Shown piece after piece: positions 53,939 to 61,187 of a stretch of DNA of 64,000 nt. Origin of the DNA: Flavobacteriales bacterium. Its GTDB lineage: Bacteria; Bacteroidota; Bacteroidia; Flavobacteriales_D; Crocinitomicaceae. Under the pieces are notes generated by a model. It ran no database searches. It was given only the letters and a program-made list of their open reading frames with translations, and was not told the origin of the DNA. The stretch covers positions 615 to 64,614 of the forward strand of contig CANJSS010000002.1 of NCBI GenBank assembly GCA_947476955.1. Reading direction: 5' to 3'. A program made the position numbers and the translations under genes. Each line of letters opens with the position of its first letter. Position 1 is the stretch's first letter.

Positions 53939-55420
53939 TTAACTTAATTTTACATAGGAACTTAAACCGTGAACGCCACCTTCTCTGCCAAACCCACTTT
54001 CTTTGTACCCTCCAAAAGGAGAAGTTGGATCAAACTTATTATACGAATTCGCCCATATAACTCCTGCTCTTAGTTTAGTAGTCAAATTAAAAATTCGAGA
54101 CCCTTTGTCGGTCCAAACGCCTGCAGCTAGACCAAAAGGTGAATTATTTGCTTTTTGAATTACCTCATCGACCGTTCTAAAAGTCTGAATGGTTAAAACA
54201 GGTCCAAAAATCTCTTCTTGCGCAATAACACTAGACTGCGCAACATCCAAAAACAAAGTGGGTGGAAAATAGAATCCTTTTTCCGGTAATTTACATTTCG
54301 GCTGGTACATTTCAGCACCTTCTTGAAGACCAATTTTCACATATTTTTGAATTGTTTCCAATTGCTCTTTTGAATTAATCGCGCCAATATCTGTGTTTTT
54401 ATCCAGCGGATTTCCGATATACAAGGAATCCATTCGAGCTTTTAATTTAGCAATTACTTTTGCAGCAATGGATTCTTGCACGTACAAGCGCGATCCTGCG
54501 CAGCAAACGTGACCCTGATTAAAAAATATACCATTAATTATACCTTCAACAGCTTGATCGATTGGCGCATCTTCAAAAATAATATTAGCAGATTTACCTC
54601 CTAATTCCAGTGTGGCCTTTTTAGTTGTTCCTGCGATTGCTTTTTGAATGATTTTACCAACATTGGTAGAACCGGTAAATGCAATTTTGTCAATATCCTC
54701 ATGGTTTACTATAGCAGCACCAGTATCTCCATAACCTGTTACGATATTTACGACGCCAGCAGGAAGCCCAGATTCTTCTATTATTTCTGCTAATTTCAAT
54801 GCGGTCAAGGAAGTGGTTTCAGCGGGTTTCAAAACAACTGTATTTCCTGCAGCCAAAGCTGGTGCGATTTTCCAAGCAGCCATTAATAAAGGGAAATTCC
54901 ATGGGATAATTTGTCCTGCAACACCAAGTGGAGCAACCGTTCGATTTGGAAAAGCATACACTAATTTATCTGCCCAGCCTGCGTAATAAAAAAAATGATT
55001 ACACGCTAGAGGAACATCTAAATCTCTCGATTCTCGAATCGTTTTGCCTGCATCCAATGTCTCAATTACTGCCAATTCTCTTGCCTTTTCTTGCATTAAT
55101 CGAGCAATTCGAAAAATATATTTCGCTCTTTCAGAAGCAGGCATTACCGACCAAACTTCTGTGTATGCTTTTCGAGCAGATTTCACCGCTTTATCCACAT
55201 CTTCCGCTGATGCGTATGCAATTTCAGCAAGAACTTCCTCATTTGCAGGATTAATAGTTTGAAAATACTTACCACTGGAAGGTTTTACCCATTTTCCATC
55301 GATAAAAAGGTCGTATTGTTTTTTCAGATGGATATGCGCAGTACTTTCTAAGGATGGTGAATAGTTCCATTCCACACTTTCCGCAATCTCTTTTTTATTT
55401 TTTGCCATACTTTTAATCAA
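53939..55420 (-). CDS. NAD(P)-dependent aldehyde dehydrogenase (full length).
   Basis: IIPWNFPLLMAAWKIAPALAAGN, FTGSTNVGK, LELGGKSANII, and catalytic Cys in FFNQGHVCCAGSR. The start could alternatively be the ATG at 55408. Confidence 0.92.
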   Translation of the reverse strand: MIKSMAKNKKEIAESVEWNYSPSLESTAHIHLKKQYDLFIDGKWVKPSSGKYFQTINPANEEVLAEIAYASAEDVDKAVKSARKAYTEVWSVMPASERAKYIFRIARLMQEKARELAVIETLDAGKTIRESRDLDVPLACNHFFYYAGWADKLVYAFPNRTVAPLGVAGQIIPWNFPLLMAAWKIAPALAAGNTVVLKPAETTSLTALKLAEIIEESGLPAGVVNIVTGYGDTGAAIVNHEDIDKIAFTGSTNVGKIIQKAIAGTTKKATLELGGKSANIIFEDAPIDQAVEGIINGIFFNQGHVCCAGSRLYVQESIAAKVIAKLKARMDSLYIGNPLDKNTDIGAINSKEQLETIQKYVKIGLQEGAEMYQPKCKLPEKGFYFPPTLFLDVAQSSVIAQEEIFGPVLTIQTFRTVDEVIQKANNSPFGLAAGVWTDKGSRIFNLTTKLRAGVIWANSYNKFDPTSPFGGYKESGFGREGGVHGLSSYVKLS

Positions 55421-56348
55421 TTGAAAAATAATCTGAAGATTGGTATACTCCCGTCTCCGACTTCATGATTTGCATTAAAACATCGTTTGCCAGACTGCTT
55501 GCGCCAAAACGGAACCATTCATTGGATAGCCATTTATTTCCAAGCACCTCTTTGACCATAACTAAGTTGTGCAAAGCAAGTTTGGATGTTGAAATTCCAC
55601 CGGCAGGCTTCATTCCAATCATTTTTCCTGTAGCATCAAAATAATCTTTTATCGCCATGAGCATAGTATAGGTAACTTGCATTGTTGCAGCAGGCTGAAT
55701 TTTACCTGTGGATGTTTTGATGAAATCAGCACCTGCATAAATAGCTATATCGCTTGCTCTTCGAACGTTGTCCAATGTTGCTAGTTCACCTGTTTCTAAG
55801 ATAACTTTCAAACGGGCATTCCCACATAAGTCTTTTATCGTTGCAATTTCATCAAATACATAAGCGTGTTCACCACTTAAAAATTTTCCACGTGAAATAA
55901 CCATGTCAATTTCATCAGCACCTTCATCGACTGCAAATTTTGTGTCTCGTATTTTAATTTCCAAAGGCGCTTGCCCGCTTGGAAATGCAGTAGAAACCGA
56001 AGCAACATTTATTCCTGAATTTAGAAGCGCATTTTTTGCTGTGCGCACCATTGTTGGATAAACGCAAACTGCCGCTACAGATGGAAGACCTGCATGAACT
56101 TCGTGCAAGTGCTGCGCTTTGTAGCACATTTGGCGCACTTTTCCAGGGGTATCTTTTCCTTCAAGTGTTGTGAGATCAATCATACTCAACACCATTTTTA
56201 AACCTTGGAGTTTTGCTTCGTTTTTTATGCTTCTAGTTTGAAAGCGGGCAACCCGTTCTTCCACTCCAACTTTATCAACTGCAACGTGGGTTATAGATTC
56301 CAGATTAAAATTTCCATTTCGTATTTTTTTATCTTTCATGGTTTGCAA
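55413..56348 (-). CDS. deoC: Deoxyribose-phosphate aldolase (long form).
   Basis: 311 aa. Schiff-base Lys context GADFIKTSTGK. Also IDLTTLEG and VCVYP motifs. Confidence 0.88.
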   Translation of the reverse strand: MQTMKDKKIRNGNFNLESITHVAVDKVGVEERVARFQTRSIKNEAKLQGLKMVLSMIDLTTLEGKDTPGKVRQMCYKAQHLHEVHAGLPSVAAVCVYPTMVRTAKNALLNSGINVASVSTAFPSGQAPLEIKIRDTKFAVDEGADEIDMVISRGKFLSGEHAYVFDEIATIKDLCGNARLKVILETGELATLDNVRRASDIAIYAGADFIKTSTGKIQPAATMQVTYTMLMAIKDYFDATGKMIGMKPAGGISTSKLALHNLVMVKEVLGNKWLSNEWFRFGASSLANDVLMQIMKSETGVYQSSDYFSID

Positions 56349-56369
56349 TTTCCTTGCGATTTATTTTTA

Positions 56370-57239
56370 TTACAATTGCCCATCCGAGTGATAGATTCCA
56401 TTTTTATATACTTTCACTTTTAGCAGAATCCCGTCTTTATCGTATTCATAAACTTTGCCTTCCCAAAGAATTCCATTTTTAAAATTTCCATCTTGCCAAA
56501 TTTCATTGTTTAGGCTGTATACTTTATTGTAACCATTTGGCTGAAATTTAATTCCATTTGTTCGTGGAGTATTAATTTTGGGAGCTTTTTCTCCTTTTAT
56601 CTCCGCATCTACTACTTGTTCGATTTGTATTTCAGCTACTTTTTCCTCAAACTTAGTTACTTCGCCATTTTCGCCATAAAATAGAATTTCTTTAATCGCC
56701 CCATTTTCAAGGTATCGAACGGCTTTGCCTTTGGGAATTCCTGCTTTCGCACTATATTCAAATTCCAACTGGCCATTCGAATAAAAATATTTTACCGAAC
56801 CTTGTTCTTTCCCTTGGTCATTTAAATTTGCTTCGTATTCGAGTTTACCATTTTCATGAAATCTTTTTAGGGAATCCCTGTACATATTTCCAGTGAAATT
56901 ACCTTGTTCCATAACTCTGCCATTTGGAAAATACTTAAAATATTCTCCTTGCGGGCGATTGTCGCTGTATTCACCTTTCAATTTTGGTGTCACTCCATCT
57001 TGGTAGTATTTTATCCAAACACCTTCTTTTCGATTGTTTTTATATACGCCCTCCTCTATTTTACCATTTGCAGGAAATCCTTCTTTCGGACGATCTTTGC
57101 CAAGGTACACCCATTTCCCTTGTTTTTTTCCATTACTATCTTTCTTATTGATATTTTCCTCTACATTAATTTGAGAAAAACTACTTGAAATAGTTAGAAT
57201 TGAAAAAAAGACAGAGAGGAAAAAAACCGATTTATTCAT
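56370..57239 (-). CDS. Secreted MORN-variant repeat protein (YwqK-like).
   Basis: Signal peptide. About 8-9 repeats of G-x-x-x-G-x-W/Y-x-x-Y-x-x-N/G-G (GKKQGKWVYLG, EGVWIKYYQDG, QGEYFKYFPNG ...). Confidence 0.65.
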   Translation of the reverse strand: MNKSVFFLSVFFSILTISSSFSQINVEENINKKDSNGKKQGKWVYLGKDRPKEGFPANGKIEEGVYKNNRKEGVWIKYYQDGVTPKLKGEYSDNRPQGEYFKYFPNGRVMEQGNFTGNMYRDSLKRFHENGKLEYEANLNDQGKEQGSVKYFYSNGQLEFEYSAKAGIPKGKAVRYLENGAIKEILFYGENGEVTKFEEKVAEIQIEQVVDAEIKGEKAPKINTPRTNGIKFQPNGYNKVYSLNNEIWQDGNFKNGILWEGKVYEYDKDGILLKVKVYKNGIYHSDGQL

Positions 57240-57267
57240 AGCAATTTTTGTTTGAAATATAAAAATC

Positions 57268-57275
57268 CAAAAGTA
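57268..57275 (-). promoter_or_regulatory. Candidate -7 box (TACTTTTG on the minus strand) for the MORN-deoC-ALDH operon.
   Basis: The plus strand reads CAAAAGTA, 29 nt upstream of the ATG at 57239. Confidence 0.35.
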
Positions 57276-57440
57276 GTTTTACTCCCGTAAAGCCTTACAA
57301 AGTTTAATAGTTATTGTTAGGAAAAATAGAACAATTCTTTCGAAAAACAAAATTATCTTAAAAACCTTCAAATTAGATAAATTAAAATACAGTATAAAAG
57401 TTCTAAAATGATTTACTGATTGAAAAACTAAATTTCCAAT

Positions 57441-58391
57441 TTATTTTAAGAGATCTGTATTTACATTATGAATCATGATTTTTACTAGTTCGGATGTGCT
57501 GAAATTTTCTTTCCAACTCCAATCTTTACGAGCGGCAGAATCATCGATAGACTTTGGCCAACTGTCTGCTATTGCCTGACGAAAATCAGGAGCATAACTT
57601 ATTTTAAAATCAGGAATATAGTTTTGGATTTCAGATGCTAATTCCTTTGGCGTAAAGCTACATCCTGATAAATTATAAGCGGAACGTATCTTCACCGATT
57701 CCTTTGGGGCATCCATCAATTCTATTGTCGCTCGGATTGCATCCTCCATAAACATCATTGGCATACTCGAATCCTCCTTCAAATAACAAACGTAAGGAAC
57801 ATTTAATTTAGCCTGATAAAATATATCTACGGCATAATCTGTAGTCCCACCGCCAGGAAGACTGGTATAGGAAATCAATCCAGGATAACGAATACTTCTT
57901 ACATCTACATCAAATTTTGCATGGTAATACTCGCACCACCTTTCACCTGCAAGTTTTGAAATTCCATATACAGTAGAAGGCTCCATGACAGTATATTGAG
58001 GCGTATTGTCTCGCGGAGTTGTTGGACCAAAAACAGCAATTGAACTCGGCCAAAAAATCTTATCAATGTGTTTTTCTTTCCCAAGTTTTAGAATGGTAAA
58101 CAAACCTTCCATGTTTAATTTCCATGCGAAATCAGGATTTTTTTCTGCTGTTGCAGATAATAAAGCCGCTAATAAATATACTTCTTTGATTTCGTTTTTG
58201 ATTATATATTCTCGAACGAATGATTCATCTAAAATATCCATTTTACAATATGGGCCACCTCTTAATGCCTCGGGGCAATTATCTTTTAAATCTGCAGCAA
58301 TAACATTTTCTGCGCCTTTTTTTTCTCTTAACTTCAACACTAGCTCAGTACCAATCTGGCCACATGCTCCAATTACAATTGTTTTCAACAT
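57441..58391 (-). CDS. tdh: NAD-dependent epimerase/dehydratase-fold enzyme, L-threonine 3-dehydrogenase-like (SDR type).
   Basis: IVIGACGQIGTELVLKLR Rossmann motif and YGISK catalytic YxxxK. ~316 aa, as in the flavobacterial SDR-type TDH I recall. Confidence 0.65.
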   Translation of the reverse strand: MLKTIVIGACGQIGTELVLKLREKKGAENVIAADLKDNCPEALRGGPYCKMDILDESFVREYIIKNEIKEVYLLAALLSATAEKNPDFAWKLNMEGLFTILKLGKEKHIDKIFWPSSIAVFGPTTPRDNTPQYTVMEPSTVYGISKLAGERWCEYYHAKFDVDVRSIRYPGLISYTSLPGGGTTDYAVDIFYQAKLNVPYVCYLKEDSSMPMMFMEDAIRATIELMDAPKESVKIRSAYNLSGCSFTPKELASEIQNYIPDFKISYAPDFRQAIADSWPKSIDDSAARKDWSWKENFSTSELVKIMIHNVNTDLLK

Positions 58392-58416
58392 GATTCTGCT
58401 CTCCTAATTATTTACA

Positions 58417-58424
58417 CAAAGTTA
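58417..58424 (-). promoter_or_regulatory. Candidate -7 box (TAACTTTG on the minus strand) for tdh.
   Basis: The plus strand reads CAAAGTTA, 26 nt upstream of the ATG at 58391. Confidence 0.4.
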
Positions 58425-58531
58425 AAATTTGCCTTAGTTTGATCGGATTTTTTTTAATTTTTTGTTTGAATTAAATTAAAATCCTGACAATAATCATTAT
58501 TTCTTTGGAACAATAAATTTAATTTCGCTTA

Positions 58532-58539
58532 TAAATTTG
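58532..58539 (+). promoter_or_regulatory. Candidate -7 box TAAATTTG for hmgA-hpd.
   Basis: Exact TAnnTTTG, 98 nt upstream of the ATG at 58637. This would give a ~90-nt leader. Confidence 0.3.
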
Positions 58540-58636
58540 TAGAATTGCAGTTAATTAAAGCATTAACTTCGCTTAAAATTTAAAATTAAGGACGGATTTT
58601 TCCTTTTCAATAATAGTAATTACTAAAATTGTAAGC

Positions 58637-59803
58637 ATGCCATTTTATAATAAATTGGGCAGTATACCGCACAAAAGACACACGGTTTTCAGAAGACCAT
58701 CTGGAGAAATTTACCACGAACAATTATTCGGAACCGTTGGTTTTGAAGGAATGTCGACATTAATGTACCATCTTAATCCTCCAACAGTTGTAAAGGAAAG
58801 AAGAGGTCAAACCAACATTGCTCCTGAGATAGCGCATGAAAAACATTTATCAATGCGCAGTTTTCTCGGATATAAAGTTGAGCCGAAAGAGGACTATATT
58901 GAAAGTCGCGTGCCAATTTTAGTGAATTCGGATTGTTATATAGAATTAGCTGCGCCAAAAAAATCAATGACCGCATATTTTTATAAAAATGCAGATGCAG
59001 ATGAGATTATTTTTATCCATAAAGGCGAAGGGAAATTGCGCACACAACTCGGGAATATAGATTTTAAATATGGCGACTATCTTGTGATTCCTCGTGGCAT
59101 GGTTTACCAGTTCGAATTCAATGGTTCAGACAATCGCTTGTTTATTGTACAATCATTTAGTCCTGTATACACGCCAAAACGTTACCGCAATTGGTTCGGG
59201 CAGCTATTGGAACATTCTCCATATTGTGAGCGCGATTTTCGTCCACCATCTGAATTGGAAACGCACGATGAAAAAGGAGATTTTTTAGTTAGAATTAAAA
59301 AACAAGACATCGTATACGATTACGTTTATGCTTCCCATCCTTTTGATTTAGTTGGTTGGGATGGTTTTAACTTTCCGTATGCTTTTTCGATACATGATTT
59401 TGAACCAATGACAGGAAGAGTTCATTTACCTCCCCCAATTCATCAAACCTTTGAAACGGCAGGATTTGTTTTATGTTCTTTCGTTCCAAGATTATACGAT
59501 TACCATCCAGATGCCATTCCAGCACCTTATAATCACAGCAATATTGATTCGGATGAAGTACTTTATTATGTAGATGGCGATTTTATGAGTCGCAATAATA
59601 TTGAACACGGACAAATTACGTTGCATCCAGCTGGTTTGGTACATGGGCCGCACCCAGGAGCGTATGAAAGAAGTATTGGAAAGAAGGAAACGCAGGAGTT
59701 AGCTGTTATGGTGGATTCTTTCAAGCCTCTAAAACTAACCAAAGCCGCAGTAAAAATAGAGGTAGATAATTACTATAAAAGTTGGATCGAAGGAGAACAC
59801 TAA
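58637..59803 (+). CDS. hmgA: Homogentisate 1,2-dioxygenase.
   Basis: 388 aa. Cupin-type dioxygenase with the HPAGLVHGPHPG region. Paired with hpd. Confidence 0.85.
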   Translation: MPFYNKLGSIPHKRHTVFRRPSGEIYHEQLFGTVGFEGMSTLMYHLNPPTVVKERRGQTNIAPEIAHEKHLSMRSFLGYKVEPKEDYIESRVPILVNSDCYIELAAPKKSMTAYFYKNADADEIIFIHKGEGKLRTQLGNIDFKYGDYLVIPRGMVYQFEFNGSDNRLFIVQSFSPVYTPKRYRNWFGQLLEHSPYCERDFRPPSELETHDEKGDFLVRIKKQDIVYDYVYASHPFDLVGWDGFNFPYAFSIHDFEPMTGRVHLPPPIHQTFETAGFVLCSFVPRLYDYHPDAIPAPYNHSNIDSDEVLYYVDGDFMSRNNIEHGQITLHPAGLVHGPHPGAYERSIGKKETQELAVMVDSFKPLKLTKAAVKIEVDNYYKSWIEGEH

Positions 59804-59870
59804 TAATTTTATAAAAGCTAAACAGAGCGATTTTAGTTTAAAAATAAAGAGAATTGAAAAATAAAAATAT

Positions 59871-61031
59871 ATGAGTAAAGTTGTTAAAAATGTAGAGTAC
59901 GGATTGGAAAAAATATTTGAAGGAGCGCAAGATTTCCTGCCACTTTTGGGGACAGATTACGTGGAATTTTACGTTGGAAATGCCAAACAAGCAGCTCACT
60001 TTTATAAAACTGCATTTGGATTTCAATCATATGCCTACGCAGGATTGGAAACTGGCATGAAGGATCGCGTTTCGTATGTTTTGAAGCAAGATAAAATCCG
60101 CTTGGTATTAACAACTGCGCTGACAAGTGAATCTCCGATTGGTGAACATGTTAAAAAACATGGAGATGGTGTTAAAATTATCGCATTGTGGGTAGAAGAT
60201 GCAAGAAGCGCTTACGCCGAAACCATAAAAAGAGGTGCGAAATCCTACCAAGAACCTGTTGTGTCTTCAGATGTAAATGGGGAAGTTGTTACAGCCGGGA
60301 TATACACCTATGGCGAAACAGTTCACCTTTTCGTAGAACGAAAAAATTATTCCGGTGATTTTCTTCCAGGATATGTAAAATGGGAATCGAATTACAACCC
60401 AACAACAGTTGGATTAAAGTTTATCGATCACATGGTTGGTAATGTTGGATGGGGAGAAATGAATACGTGGGTGAAATGGTATGAAGAGGTTATGGGTTTT
60501 GTTAATTTTCTTTCCTTCGACGATAAACAAATTCATACCGAATATTCCGCTTTGATGTCAAAGGTAATGAGCAATGGCAATGGTAGGATAAAATTCCCAA
60601 TAAATGAACCTGCGAAAGCAAAAAAACGCTCGCAAATTGAAGAATATCTTGACTTCTATGAAGGGCCTGGTGTTCAACACATTGCAGTTGCGACGGACAA
60701 TATCATTGATACAGTTTCTCAATTGAGGGCAAGAGGAATTGAATTCTTATCTGCACCACCGCAAGCGTATTATGATGAAATACCAGTTCGATTGGGTGAA
60801 CATATGAAAATGATGAAAGAAGATATCAAAGAACTTCAAAATCTTTCTATCATGATTGATGCGGATGAAGAGGGGTATTTATTGCAAATTTTCACCAAGC
60901 CTGTAGAAGATCGTCCTACGCTTTTCTTTGAAATTATTCAACGAATGGGAGCAAGAGGATTTGGTGCTGGAAACTTTAAGGCGTTGTTTGAATCTATTGA
61001 AAGAGAGCAAGAAAAAAGAGGAACATTGTAA
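59871..61031 (+). CDS. hpd: 4-hydroxyphenylpyruvate dioxygenase.
   Basis: Two VOC modules. GPGVQHIAVATDNI, LLQIFTKP, FFEIIQR and GFGAGNFKALFESIE are hallmark HPPD motifs. Confidence 0.93.
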   Translation: MSKVVKNVEYGLEKIFEGAQDFLPLLGTDYVEFYVGNAKQAAHFYKTAFGFQSYAYAGLETGMKDRVSYVLKQDKIRLVLTTALTSESPIGEHVKKHGDGVKIIALWVEDARSAYAETIKRGAKSYQEPVVSSDVNGEVVTAGIYTYGETVHLFVERKNYSGDFLPGYVKWESNYNPTTVGLKFIDHMVGNVGWGEMNTWVKWYEEVMGFVNFLSFDDKQIHTEYSALMSKVMSNGNGRIKFPINEPAKAKKRSQIEEYLDFYEGPGVQHIAVATDNIIDTVSQLRARGIEFLSAPPQAYYDEIPVRLGEHMKMMKEDIKELQNLSIMIDADEEGYLLQIFTKPVEDRPTLFFEIIQRMGARGFGAGNFKALFESIEREQEKRGTL

Positions 61032-61052
61032 TTTACCTCCCTAAAACTATTT

Positions 61053-61088
61053 AAAAGCATGTTAATGAGAATTATCATGCTTTTTTTA
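61053..61088 (+). terminator. Intrinsic terminator after hpd.
   Basis: 9-bp stem aaaagcatg / catgctttt with a 14-nt loop, followed by a T-run. Confidence 0.6.
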
Positions 61089-61116
61089 TGCTATCACTTT
61101 TTACCGATTATTAATT

Positions 61117-61149
61117 AAAAAGGCACTGCACAACTCAATGCGCAGTGCC
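61117..61149 (-). terminator. Intrinsic terminator after the T9SS adhesin gene.
   Basis: 8-bp GC-rich stem ggcactgc / gcagtgcc, followed on the minus strand by TTTTT. Confidence 0.6.
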
Positions 61150-61187
61150 CTAATATTGGAAATTGTTAATCCTAAAAAATGCTTTTT

